The notes under the pieces: generated by a model | What the model saw: the letters and a program-made list of their open reading frames with translations, nothing else | Told to the model about the DNA's origin: nothing | The model's database searches: none | Made by a program: the position numbers and the translations under genes | Source of the DNA: Mycolicibacterium smegmatis | Lineage (GTDB): Bacteria > Actinomycetota > Actinomycetes > Mycobacteriales > Mycobacteriaceae | Direction: 5' to 3' | Assembly (NCBI RefSeq): GCF_001457595.1 | Contig: NZ_LN831039.1 | Coordinates: 2,970,001-3,002,000 of the forward strand | Length of the DNA: 32,000 nucleotides | Shown: positions 1 to 8,787 of the stretch, one piece after another | Layout of the letters: every line of letters begins with the position of its first letter | Numbering within the stretch: position 1 is the stretch's first letter

Positions 1-1149
1 TTCGCGCACACTCCAGCGCGGGTCGAGCGCGGAATCGGGGTTCTGGTAGACGAACTGGATGTTCTTCCAGTGTGCGCGGCGGTCGCGGTGGCCGAGTCGC
101 GTGATGTCGTGGCCCAGCACCTCGATCGATCCGCGGGTGGGCTGGGTCAATCCGATGATCATCTTCGCGGTTGTGGACTTGCCGGATCCGGACTCGCCGA
201 CCAGGGCCAGTGTCTCGCCGCGACGCACGGTGAAGCTGATGTCGTCGACCGCGCGGTGGCGGTGACGCCTGTCGAGCCGGAACTCCTTGCTGACGTGGGC
301 GACTCGGATGATCTCGTCGGCAGGGGCATGGACATTCTCGTGGGCCGCGGCCGGTGGGGTGATGCCGGCCCCGATGCGGCGTACCAGGGCGGCGGTGTAC
401 TCCGACGACGGGCGGCTGACGATGTCGTCGACCGGGGCATCCTCCACGATCTGTCCCTTGCGCATCACCACGACACGCGATGCGTGATCGGTGGCGACGC
501 CGATGTCGTGGGTGACGAACAGTACGGTGGTGCCGTGTTCGGCGACCAGGCGATCGAACACCCGCAGCACCTGGGCCTGCACGGTCACGTCGAGCGCGGA
601 GGTCGGTTCGTCGGCGACGAGCAGTTTGGGGTTGAGCCCGAAAGCGATCGCGATCAGCACCCGCTGGCGCATGCCGCCGGACAGTTCACCCGGATGCTGG
701 CGCAGCCGTCGCTCGGGTTGGTCGATCTCGACCTGTTCGAGCAGATCGATGCACCGCCGCCGACGCTCGGCGCGGCTGAGCTTCTCATCTCGGAGGTCGA
801 AGATCTCGGCGATCTGCGAACCGATGGTGCGCACCGGGTTGAGCGACGCGCCCGGATCCTGCGGCACCAGTCCGACCGTGGTGCCGCGGATTCGGCTCCA
901 CTCCCGTTCGGTCAGGCCCAGGATGCCGGCGCCGTCCAATGCGAGGGTGTCGGCGGTGACGGTCGCGGTGCGTGGCAGCAGACCCAGCACGGTGTTCACC
1001 AGGGTGGTCTTGCCCGAACCGGATTCGCCGACGATGGCGACGAATTCACCGGCCGCCAGGCTCAGGTTCACGTGGCCGAGCGCGATCTTCGGTGTGATTC
1101 CGTCACCGGGATAGGTCACGGTGAGATCGGACAGTTCGAGCAGCGGCAC
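1..1149 (-). CDS. ABC transporter, fused double ATP-binding protein, oligopeptide/nickel (Dpp/Opp) family; C-terminus truncated by left window edge
   Basis: Reverse-strand reading from GTG at 1149 gives MPLLELSDLTVTYPG..., two Walker A motifs (GESGSGKTT and GESGSGKST), and signature/Walker B LSGGMRQRV...LLVADEPTSALDVTVQ. The reading frame stays open to position 1. Confidence 0.93.
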   Translation of the reverse strand, partial: MPLLELSDLTVTYPGDGITPKIALGHVNLSLAAGEFVAIVGESGSGKTTLVNTVLGLLPRTATVTADTLALDGAGILGLTEREWSRIRGTTVGLVPQDPGASLNPVRTIGSQIAEIFDLRDEKLSRAERRRRCIDLLEQVEIDQPERRLRQHPGELSGGMRQRVLIAIAFGLNPKLLVADEPTSALDVTVQAQVLRVFDRLVAEHGTTVLFVTHDIGVATDHASRVVVMRKGQIVEDAPVDDIVSRPSSEYTAALVRRIGAGITPPAAAHENVHAPADEIIRVAHVSKEFRLDRRHRHRAVDDISFTVRRGETLALVGESGSGKSTTAKMIIGLTQPTRGSIEVLGHDITRLGHRDRRAHWKNIQFVYQNPDSALDPRWSVRE

Positions 1150-1163
1150 GGCGGTTCTCCGAT

Positions 1164-2036
1164 TCAGATGTTGTTGGACTTGAGCACGCGCCGGCTCACG
1201 ACGCCGAGCGCGACGATGACGACGAGGATCACCGCACCGGGCAGCGAGGTGAGCCACCACGCGGTGGCCAGGTAGCTGCGGCCCTCGGCGACCAGGAGCC
1301 CCCACTCCGGGGTCGGCGGTGGTGCGCTGTAGCCGAGGTAGCCCAGGGCGGAGATCGCGAGAATCGCTGCGCTCAGGTCGATCACGGCCAGGGCCACCAC
1401 GGCGCCGATCGCGTTGGGCACGATGTGACGCCGGATCACCGACCAGCTGCTCTCGCCGGAGAGGAACGCGGCCTCGACGTAGTCGAGGGCACGCACCCGC
1501 ATCACCTCCGCGCGGAACACGCGCGCGAAGATCGCGATCGAACCGATCCCGACACCGATGCCGACCGACAGCGGACCGGCCCCGTAGGCCGTGACGATCC
1601 ACACCGACACCAGGAACCCGGGCAGCGCGAGAAGCACGTCGCTCAACCGCATTCCGACCGCGTCGGCGACCGGACCCGACACGCCGGCCAGGATGCCGAT
1701 GATGCTGCCGACCACCAGGCCGACGGCGACCGCGAGTCCCGCGGTGAGCAGTGTGTGGGACGTACCGTGGATGACGCGGGTCAACACATCGCGCCCGAGG
1801 TGGTCGGTGCCGAACCAGTGTGCCCAACTGGGCGGCTGGAACTTCTCCAACCGGTTGCCGTTGAGCGGGTCCGCGCTGGTGAACACCCCCGGCGCGACGG
1901 CCCACGCCGCCACCAGCACCAGCAGCGCCCCGGAGATGCGCGCCGACCACGGTGCCGCGCGCAACGCCGAAAGCGATTTGTTCCGGCGGGTTTCGGTGTC
2001 CGGGTGATCGGACGGTGGGCCGACGGTGATGCTCAC
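1164..2036 (-). CDS. ABC transporter permease, DppC/OppC-like
   Basis: 290 aa, multi-pass; HWFGTDHLGRDVLTRVIHGTSHTL is the typical DppC N-terminal domain; EAAFLSGESSWSVIRRHIVPN is the EAA-loop region. Start overlaps the stop of the DppB-like gene. Confidence 0.93.
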   Translation of the reverse strand: MSITVGPPSDHPDTETRRNKSLSALRAAPWSARISGALLVLVAAWAVAPGVFTSADPLNGNRLEKFQPPSWAHWFGTDHLGRDVLTRVIHGTSHTLLTAGLAVAVGLVVGSIIGILAGVSGPVADAVGMRLSDVLLALPGFLVSVWIVTAYGAGPLSVGIGVGIGSIAIFARVFRAEVMRVRALDYVEAAFLSGESSWSVIRRHIVPNAIGAVVALAVIDLSAAILAISALGYLGYSAPPPTPEWGLLVAEGRSYLATAWWLTSLPGAVILVVIVALGVVSRRVLKSNNI

Positions 2037-3001
2037 GTGAACCTACCCAACCGGGTGCTGAAACCCTGCCGTTGTGACTTTGTGACGCGGGGGTCGAGAA
2101 CCGGGTACAGCAGATCCACCAGCAGGTTCACCCCGACGATCACCACCGAGGTGAGCAGCACCAGGCCCTGGATCAACGAGATGTCCTGGTTGGACACGGC
2201 CTGCAGCAGCACGGTGCCCAGCCCGGACCGGGAGAACACGGTCTCGGTGACCACCGACCCGCCCAGCAGCGCACCGATGGTGGTGGCCGTGACCGTCAGT
2301 GCCGGGCCCGCCGCGTTCTTGAGCACGTGCCTGCGGATCACCCAGGTGGGGCTGCCACCTTTGGCGCGGGCGGTGTTGATGTGCGGCAGGGCAAGCGTGG
2401 CCTCGGCATTCTTGAGCAGCACCTGGGCGATCGGCGCCGAGATCGGCACGGCCAGCACCGTCGCCGGCACCAGCAGAGACGCCAGAGAGCCGTCGGGGAA
2501 CAGCGAGAACAACCCGAGTTGCACCGAGAAGATCTGCAGCACCACCAGCCCCAGCCAGAATGTCGGGATCGCGCTGAACAGCGGGGGAATGCTGCGAATG
2601 AATGTCCGCAGCCACTCGAACCGGGTTGTCGAGGCCAGCAGCAGCGTCGCCAGCGCGAACGCCAACGCCAGGACGGTCGCGGTGCCGGCCAGTTTGAGCG
2701 TCTCTCCGATCACGCTGCCGATTCGGTCGGTGACCGCTTGTCCACTGGACAGCGAGAACCCGAATTGTCCGTGCAGCAACTGGTTGAGCTGTGAGAAGTA
2801 CTGCACGTACGCCGGGCGGTCGTACCCGTAGAACTCCTTGACCTGCTCGACGATCTCCGGGTTGAAGTAGCCGTCGCCTTTGGCGACGAAGATCGACACC
2901 GGGTCGGTCGGCAGGATGCTCACGCCCCAGAAGATCACGGTGAATGCCAACAGCAGCACGAGCAGCGACTGGCCGATGCGGGCGGCGGCATAGCGGAGCA
3001 T
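2033..3001 (-). CDS. ABC transporter permease, DppB/OppB-like
   Basis: MLRYAAARIGQSLLVLLLAFTVIFWGVSILPTDP..., then NTARAKGGSPTWVIRRHVLKNA EAA loop. The longer ORF start (3100) is probably not used, because it overlaps the upstream gene. Confidence 0.93.
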   Translation of the reverse strand: MLRYAAARIGQSLLVLLLAFTVIFWGVSILPTDPVSIFVAKGDGYFNPEIVEQVKEFYGYDRPAYVQYFSQLNQLLHGQFGFSLSSGQAVTDRIGSVIGETLKLAGTATVLALAFALATLLLASTTRFEWLRTFIRSIPPLFSAIPTFWLGLVVLQIFSVQLGLFSLFPDGSLASLLVPATVLAVPISAPIAQVLLKNAEATLALPHINTARAKGGSPTWVIRRHVLKNAAGPALTVTATTIGALLGGSVVTETVFSRSGLGTVLLQAVSNQDISLIQGLVLLTSVVIVGVNLLVDLLYPVLDPRVTKSQRQGFSTRLGRFT

Positions 3002-3003
3002 GG

Positions 3004-4590
3004 TCAGTTCTTCCAGGCGCTCTGGAACAGCGGTTCGGTGTAGTTGGTGAACTCGACGTGCACGTTGGGCGCGGCCGCGTGCACCTGCACCTCGTCCCAC
3101 AGAATCAGTGCCAGTTGATCGTCGATCACCTTCTTCTGGATCCGCGCGGCGATGTCTTTGGCGTGCGCAGGATCGGTGGCCCGCAGTTCTTCGGCCGACA
3201 ACGCGATCAGCTCGTCGTTGGTGGCGAAGGTCAGGTTGCCGTTCGCGCGACCGAACAGCATGCCCAGCCCGTTGTTGTAACTCGTGCGGGTGCCAAGCAG
3301 CGGCGTGGATCCGTCGGCGTTGGCGGCGTTGAACAACGTGGTGTCACCGGCGCGGTTCTGCAGCGCCACTCCGAGCTCGCGCCAGCCCGACTCGATGAAC
3401 TCGAACGCCGGACGGAACACCACGCTCTGGTTCGACGCGGCCAGCGTGAGGTTGAGCTTCTTGCCGTCCTTCTCCCGGATACCGTCGCCGCCGACCTTCC
3501 AACCGGCCTCGTCGAGCAGCGCCGCGGCCCTTCGGGGGTCGTATCCCAGATCTGCGCTCTCGTCGGTGAACAGCGGATCGTCGTGTCCCAGAACGGAATC
3601 AGCAGCCCGATAACTGGGGGACAGCACGGTGTCGACGACGGCCTGGCGGTCGATGCCCAGTTGCAGCGCGCGGCGGACCCGTTGATCGCTGACCAGCTCG
3701 TTGTTGATGCGAAATCCGACGATGTTGGCGGTGAGGATCGGCGCGGCCACCGGAATCACCTGGAAGCCACCCTGGGCCAGGGCCGGTTCGTCGGTGGGCT
3801 GGATGCCGCGGGCGAGATCGACCTGTCCCGACTGCACGGCACCGGCCCGCAGGCCGGGTTCGCCGATCACCCGCACCACGAGCTTGTCGAGGTACGCAGC
3901 GCCCTGGTTGGGTGAATTGACCGGCGGCCACGCGTAATCCGGCCGTTTGGTGAGCACGACCTCCTGGTCGGGGACGTGCGACTGGTAGACGAAAGGTCCA
4001 GAGCCGACGACGTTCTCGATCTTGGCCTGGCCGTCGAAATCGAGCGCCAGGGTCTTCTCCCCGCGGATCCCGGCGCGACCGTTGGCGACGACGCGGTAGA
4101 AGTTGCTGTTGGGTTGGTCGAGGAACACGGTGATGGTGTTGCCGTTGACCTCACTGTGGTCGTACCCGACGAAATCGCTGAACGGCGGGATCTTCTTGGC
4201 CGGATCTCCCTTGCCGAGTTGATCGAAGTTCGCCTTGACGACCTCGGCGGTCAACGGGGTTCCATCGCTGAAGGTGACATCGTCGCGGATCGTGAAGGTG
4301 TACCGGGTCGCGTCGTCGTTGCGGCTGAACTCTTCGGCCAGCCAGCCGTACACCTCACCGGTCTTCGGGTCGAGGTACACCAGCCGGTCGACGACCTGGA
4401 ACAGCAGATTGGCTGTCGTGTAGTTGGTGCTCAGCGCGTCGGTGACGAACTGCACGTCGGAGAAGGTGAGGGTGCCGCCGGGCTGCGGCTGCCCACTCGG
4501 TCCGGAACTGGCCGACTGCTGCTGACCGGAGCAGGCTGCCAGCACCGCCACCGCAAGGGTGCCGGCAATCATTTTGTGCAAACGGCGCAT
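3004..4590 (-). CDS. ABC transporter substrate-binding lipoprotein, SBP family 5 (peptide/nickel/opine-like)
   Basis: MRRLHKMIAGTLAVAVLAACSG has a lipobox (LAAC); YTFTIRDDVTFSDGTPLTAEVVKANFD is typical of SBP_bac_5. Start trimmed from ORF start 4728 to ATG at 4590. Confidence 0.93.
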   Translation of the reverse strand: MRRLHKMIAGTLAVAVLAACSGQQQSASSGPSGQPQPGGTLTFSDVQFVTDALSTNYTTANLLFQVVDRLVYLDPKTGEVYGWLAEEFSRNDDATRYTFTIRDDVTFSDGTPLTAEVVKANFDQLGKGDPAKKIPPFSDFVGYDHSEVNGNTITVFLDQPNSNFYRVVANGRAGIRGEKTLALDFDGQAKIENVVGSGPFVYQSHVPDQEVVLTKRPDYAWPPVNSPNQGAAYLDKLVVRVIGEPGLRAGAVQSGQVDLARGIQPTDEPALAQGGFQVIPVAAPILTANIVGFRINNELVSDQRVRRALQLGIDRQAVVDTVLSPSYRAADSVLGHDDPLFTDESADLGYDPRRAAALLDEAGWKVGGDGIREKDGKKLNLTLAASNQSVVFRPAFEFIESGWRELGVALQNRAGDTTLFNAANADGSTPLLGTRTSYNNGLGMLFGRANGNLTFATNDELIALSAEELRATDPAHAKDIAARIQKKVIDDQLALILWDEVQVHAAAPNVHVEFTNYTEPLFQSAWKN

Positions 4591-4806
4591 CGGGTCCTCG
4601 TCTGGGAGTCGGGGGACGGCCACGATGCACAGTCGCGGTGGGGCAAAGCTTTTCGCCGGCACACCGGCAGTGTCGGACCGCCCGAACGTACGCCGAACGT
4701 TAGGGGCGGGGTCCAACGCGCTCAACAATTTATCTTGCAGTGCGCAAAAGTATCCTGCCCGGGCGATATTCGCGACGCGATGACCGGAAAGGTCTGCGGA
4801 GCGGGA

Positions 4807-6216
4807 CTACAGGTGAGGCTGGGCGGCCACGGCCGCGCACGCCTTCGGGGTACGCCAGGCGCGCGGCAGGGCCACCGCGACGCCGATCACGCCGAGGGCC
4901 AGAGGTACCAGCAACGCCAACCGGTACGAGTCGAGCTGCCCGGCACCGGCCGTCGTCGCCGCGACCTGGACCGCCGTGGCCGCGGCCAGTCCGACCGCCG
5001 CACCGAACTGGAAGGTCGTGTAGAGCAGACCGCTGGTGAGCCCCTGCGACGACTCCTCGACACCGTCGGTCGCGGCGATCGTCAGCGGCCCGTAGGCCAG
5101 GGTGAACGCGAGCCCGAGCGCCAGCAGGCTCGGCAGCATGCTCAGATACCCCCAGTCCTGTTCGACGCCCAGGAACAGCAGGAACGACAGCGCCGCGAAC
5201 GCCATGCCTGCCGCGATGACGCGCCACAGACCGAACCAGCGCACCAGCACAGGCGTGAGTGTGGGAGCCAGCACCGCGTCGATACCGGCCACCAGCAGCG
5301 CCAGCGCCGTCGTCATCGCCGACCAGCCGCGCAACTCTTGCAGGTAGAGCACGACGATGAACTGGAAACCCATGAATCCGGCAGCCAGACAGCCCGCCCC
5401 CACGTAGGCGTTGACCTGCGAACCCGGCCGCAGCAGCGCCGGCGGTACCAACGGGTCGGCTGCGGTGCGCTGCCGGGCGGCGAATCCCGCGAACAGGGCG
5501 AGCGCGAGCAGGCCGAACGACACCGATCCGAGAACTGTTCCGTGGGCGGCGTTTTCGATTGCCGTCACGGTGAGCACCACGGCGCCGGTGACGAGTACCG
5601 CACCGGGAACATCCAACGTTCGCCTCGCTGTGACATCGTCGCGAGGGATCAGCGGGACCGCCAGCAGCAGCACCACCGACGCGAGCACGACGGGCGCGAA
5701 GAACACCCACCGCCAACCGAACGCGGTCAGCACACCTCCCGCGACGAGTCCCAGTGAGAACCCCGCCGCACCGATGCCGGCATAGATGAGCACAGCCCGA
5801 TCCCGTTGCGGCCCTTCGGGAAAACTCGTCGTGATGATCGAGAGCCCGGCCGGCATGAGAAACGCCGCGGCGATCCCGGTGATCACCCGCACCGTGATCA
5901 CCGTGGCTCCGTTGGGCGCGACACCACCCAACGCCGACATCCCGATGAAGATGACCAGGGCGGTCAGGAACACCCGCCGCCGCCCGTACACGTCGGCCGT
6001 GCGTCCGCCGAGCAGCATGAACCCGCCGTAGCCGATGACGTATCCGCTGACGATCCACTGCAGTTCGACGGTCGGGAGGTCGAGTGCCTGCCGGATGGTG
6101 GGCAGTGCGATGTTGAACATCGCGATGTCGATGCCCTCCAGGAAGGCTGCGCCGCACAGCGTTGCGAGCAGCAACGCCGCGCGGAAACCGGTTGCCCTGA
6201 CGTCGACCGAGTCCAT
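4807..6216 (-). CDS. MFS transporter, DHA2 / EmrB-QacA type drug exporter
   Basis: 469 aa; FLEGIDIAMFNIALPTIRQALDLPTVELQWIVSGYVIGYGGFMLLGGRTADVYGRRRVFL is the classic DHA2 N-terminus. Confidence 0.93.
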   Translation of the reverse strand: MDSVDVRATGFRAALLLATLCGAAFLEGIDIAMFNIALPTIRQALDLPTVELQWIVSGYVIGYGGFMLLGGRTADVYGRRRVFLTALVIFIGMSALGGVAPNGATVITVRVITGIAAAFLMPAGLSIITTSFPEGPQRDRAVLIYAGIGAAGFSLGLVAGGVLTAFGWRWVFFAPVVLASVVLLLAVPLIPRDDVTARRTLDVPGAVLVTGAVVLTVTAIENAAHGTVLGSVSFGLLALALFAGFAARQRTAADPLVPPALLRPGSQVNAYVGAGCLAAGFMGFQFIVVLYLQELRGWSAMTTALALLVAGIDAVLAPTLTPVLVRWFGLWRVIAAGMAFAALSFLLFLGVEQDWGYLSMLPSLLALGLAFTLAYGPLTIAATDGVEESSQGLTSGLLYTTFQFGAAVGLAAATAVQVAATTAGAGQLDSYRLALLVPLALGVIGVAVALPRAWRTPKACAAVAAQPHL

Positions 6217-6272
6217 GCGACCACCTTTGGTTCCTCCTGGTAACTGACCACATCTTCAGGCACCATGGAGCG

Positions 6273-6692
6273 ATGGCGGAAGAAGGCACTTTGAAGTCAG
6301 TCGGTATCCCCAAGGGAACCGAGTGCTGCCCGGACGCTTTTCAATGGGACCGTCGCGAGGACTGCGAGGTCCGCCAGATCCTCGACCGCATCGCCGACAA
6401 GTGGTCGCTGCTCATCATCGCCCTGCTCGACGACGGGTCCATGCGGTTCACCGAGCTCAAACGCATGATCGACGGCATCAGCCAGCGGATGCTGACGGTC
6501 ACGCTGCGCCAACTCGAACGCGACGGCCTGGTGCGCCGCACCGTACACCCCGTCGTCCCGCCACGCGTGGACTACGAGTTGACCGATCTCGGCCGCACGC
6601 TGCACCAGACCGTGCAGCCTCTGGTCCGCTGGACCGAGGAGCATCAGCGCGACATCGCCGCGGCGCGGCAGCGATTCGACGAGGCGAACTGA
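6273..6692 (+). CDS. HxlR-family transcriptional regulator
   Basis: 139 aa; CEVRQILDRIADKWSLLIIALLDDGSMRFTELKRMIDGISQRMLTVTLRQLERDGLVRRTVHPVVPPRVDYELTDLG is characteristic of HxlR. Divergent from the MFS gene. Confidence 0.95.
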   Translation: MAEEGTLKSVGIPKGTECCPDAFQWDRREDCEVRQILDRIADKWSLLIIALLDDGSMRFTELKRMIDGISQRMLTVTLRQLERDGLVRRTVHPVVPPRVDYELTDLGRTLHQTVQPLVRWTEEHQRDIAAARQRFDEAN

Positions 6693-6705
6693 CCCGGTTT
6701 CCGGG
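6693..6705 (+). terminator. Short hairpin directly after the HxlR stop codon
   Basis: CCCGG-TTT-CCGGG perfect 5-bp stem immediately downstream of TGA (6690-6692); no T-tract. Confidence 0.3.
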
Positions 6706-6777
6706 ACTCCCGCGGAATGGATGTTGTCACGCGACCGTTTCTCACCTGAAGACTGATCAGCGGCGAAAGGGTGCGAC

Positions 6778-7200
6778 ATGACAGAGGCCATCGACTGGGA
6801 CCAGATGAACAACCAGGTGATCAAGGAGTTCCGGGAGACAGGCGGCAAGGCCGGCGGCCTCTTCGAGGGCAGCCCTCTGGTCCTGGTCCACCACACGGGT
6901 GCCAAGTCGGGGAAGCAACGGATCGCGCCTCTGGTGCCGCTGCTCGACGGCGACCGGATCTACATCTTCGGCAGCAAGGGCGGCGCCGACTCGCATCCGG
7001 ACTGGTACCACAACCTGGTGGCCAACCCGGACACCGTCGTGGAACTCGGCACCGAGACCTTCCCGGTCAAAGCGCGCGTGCTCACCGGTGCCGAACGTGA
7101 CGAGATCTACGCCAAGCAGGTCGCGGTCGCACCGCAGTTCGGCGATTACCAGCGCAAGACCACCCGCGTCATCCCGGTCGTCGAGTTGCAGCGCGTCTGA
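6778..7200 (+). CDS. Ddn-like F420-dependent nitroreductase-family (FDOR-A) protein
   Basis: 140 aa; LVLVHHTGAKSGKQRIAPLVPLLDGDRIYIFGSKGGADSHPDWYHNLVANPDTVVELG matches the deazaflavin-dependent nitroreductase family. Confidence 0.93.
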   Translation: MTEAIDWDQMNNQVIKEFRETGGKAGGLFEGSPLVLVHHTGAKSGKQRIAPLVPLLDGDRIYIFGSKGGADSHPDWYHNLVANPDTVVELGTETFPVKARVLTGAERDEIYAKQVAVAPQFGDYQRKTTRVIPVVELQRV

Positions 7201-7201
7201 A

Positions 7202-7230
7202 CGCTCGTGCGATCTAGAGGCGCACGAGCG
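7202..7230. terminator. Bidirectional terminator hairpin between convergent genes
   Basis: CGCTCGTGCG (7202-7211), 9-nt loop, CGCACGAGCG (7221-7230): perfect 10-bp stem between the ddn-like stop and the 3' end of the minus-strand secreted-protein gene. Confidence 0.7.
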
Positions 7231-7693
7231 AGAACGGGTAGGTGAACGTGCCGCCAGGCGCGCCGTCGCAACCCGCGGCGAACGAGGACTCCAAGGTGCC
7301 CTGCAGTGTCTCCGCATCCCACGAGTACACGTCGCGGGTGGCGATCACCGGACCGTAATACACGTTGCCGCAACGCAATCCGTCCGGCACGTCGACGGTC
7401 AACGTGTAACGCCCGTCGGTCAGATACGCATTGGCCCGGTACTCGAACGCCTTCGCGACCGGCATCGGTATCGCGGTGATCTGCACGCAGTCGGCCGCTT
7501 CCGGAACGCAGTACGACACCGCCCATGTCCAGGTGTGGAAGTCGTATCGGTCGGGGATGATCAGCTGATAGTTCGCGTAGAACGCCCGGGCCGGCGCTGC
7601 CGACAGGACGGCCGCCACCGTGACCCCGGTTACCATGGCCCCGGCCGTCATCAGCCCGGACATCAGCACGGAAACAGCCTTCCGTGTGCGCAT
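7214..7693 (-). CDS. Secreted protein of unknown function with four cysteines
   Basis: MRTRKAVSVLMSGLMTAGAMVTGVTVAAVLSAAPARA signal peptide; mature part has 4 Cys. Start trimmed to ATG at 7693. Confidence 0.8.
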   Translation of the reverse strand: MRTRKAVSVLMSGLMTAGAMVTGVTVAAVLSAAPARAFYANYQLIIPDRYDFHTWTWAVSYCVPEAADCVQITAIPMPVAKAFEYRANAYLTDGRYTLTVDVPDGLRCGNVYYGPVIATRDVYSWDAETLQGTLESSFAAGCDGAPGGTFTYPFSLVRL

Positions 7694-7725
7694 GTGTTCT
7701 CCTCGTGTCAACCCGCATCGCTTCC

Positions 7726-7757
7726 GTAGGTGCGTGCTCGCACCTACATGTGCGAGC
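7726..7757. promoter_or_regulatory. Two overlapping, mutually exclusive inverted repeats between SDR stop and secreted-protein gene
   Basis: Dyad 1: GTAGGTGCG(7726-7734)-TGCT-CGCACCTAC(7739-7747). Dyad 2: GCTCGCAC(7736-7743)-ctacat-GTGCGAGC(7750-7757). Both perfect, sharing 7739-7743. Confidence 0.5.
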
Positions 7758-8574
7758 CGCCGTCGATGCGGACCTCGGTGCCGGTGATGAAGTACGCGTC
7801 GGCGCTGCCCAGCATCGCGACCACGCCCGCGACCGCATCGGGTCGGGCGAAGATCGCGCCGCCGTCGAGCGGGAGCATCGGGGCCACCTTGCCGAACAGG
7901 GAGAAGTCCGCGTCCTCGGGAAGCCCGGGGCCGATGCTCTGCCGCGACGCCCCGGTTCCGTCGGTCATCCCCGACGAGATGGAGCCCGGCTGAACCGAAT
8001 TGAAGCGGATGCCGGCCTTCGCGAACTCCAGTGCCCAGGCGTGGGTCATCGCCAGCACGCCACCCTTGGACGCGGCGTAGGCGGCCATGTAGGGATGTGC
8101 GAAGTGCGCCGAGGTCGAACTGAAGTTCACCACAGCGGGCCGGTGGCCCTCGAGGAGCGCGCCGATGGCCTCGCGGGTCACCAGGAACGTCCCGGTCAGG
8201 TTGATGCGCAGGACCTGTTCGAAGTCGGCGAGGGAGGTCTGCGCCAGGTGGCTCGACCGTAGGATGCCCGCGGCGTTGACCAGGGTGTCGAGCCCGCCCA
8301 GCTCGGCGACCGCCGCGGCGACCCCGGCGCGCACCGAATCCTCATCGCCGACGTCGAGCGTCACGGTGGTCAACCGACTGCTGAACTCACCGGCCTTGCC
8401 CGTGGTGTCGTCGAGGCCCTCGGGGCTGATGTCGGCGGCCACCACCTGAGCGCCCTCGGCGAGGATCCGCAGTACGCAGGCCTGGCCGATCCCGGATCCA
8501 CCCCCGGTGATGAGCACCCGCCGACCGGCGTACCGCGATGGTGCGATCGGTGATTCGGCCTGCAGATCGGGCAC
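7744..8574 (-). CDS. Short-chain dehydrogenase/reductase (SDR)
   Basis: RRVLITGGGSGIGQACVLRILAEGAQVVAADIS (TGxxxGIG), NAAG region (LVNAAGI), YAASKGG catalytic motif. GTG at 8574 is the likely start (the track ORF starts at 8787). Confidence 0.9.
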   Translation of the reverse strand: MPDLQAESPIAPSRYAGRRVLITGGGSGIGQACVLRILAEGAQVVAADISPEGLDDTTGKAGEFSSRLTTVTLDVGDEDSVRAGVAAAVAELGGLDTLVNAAGILRSSHLAQTSLADFEQVLRINLTGTFLVTREAIGALLEGHRPAVVNFSSTSAHFAHPYMAAYAASKGGVLAMTHAWALEFAKAGIRFNSVQPGSISSGMTDGTGASRQSIGPGLPEDADFSLFGKVAPMLPLDGGAIFARPDAVAGVVAMLGSADAYFITGTEVRIDGGSHM

Positions 8575-8787
8575 AGTGCGACTCCCAAATTCGTCGACGA
8601 GGCCGGCCCCAGATGAACCGGCTCCGACTACGTTGCGGCCCAACCCGGTCCACCGCCGCCGTGCCTCCCAGTGGATGGGACGAGCCGTGTCCGGGCAAAC
8701 ACTGCGGCTGCCATGGTGGGTCCCCACGAGATCGGCGGGCCGCCGTCTCCCACAGAAGTGCTGATTTGATGGAGTTGTCGTCGACAC

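Noticed and set aside
70-1275. 401-aa plus-strand ORF
   Set aside because: Antisense to the ABC ATPase, whose minus-strand reading has intact Walker and signature motifs. The ORF is low-complexity His/Gly/Asp-rich, typical of high-GC shadow frames.
1-4590. ABC ATPase considered as the MceG partner of the mce permeases
   Set aside because: The fused double ATPase and its SBP/DppB/DppC neighbours form a standard family-5 peptide/nickel importer. MceG is a single-domain MlaF-like ATPase usually encoded elsewhere.
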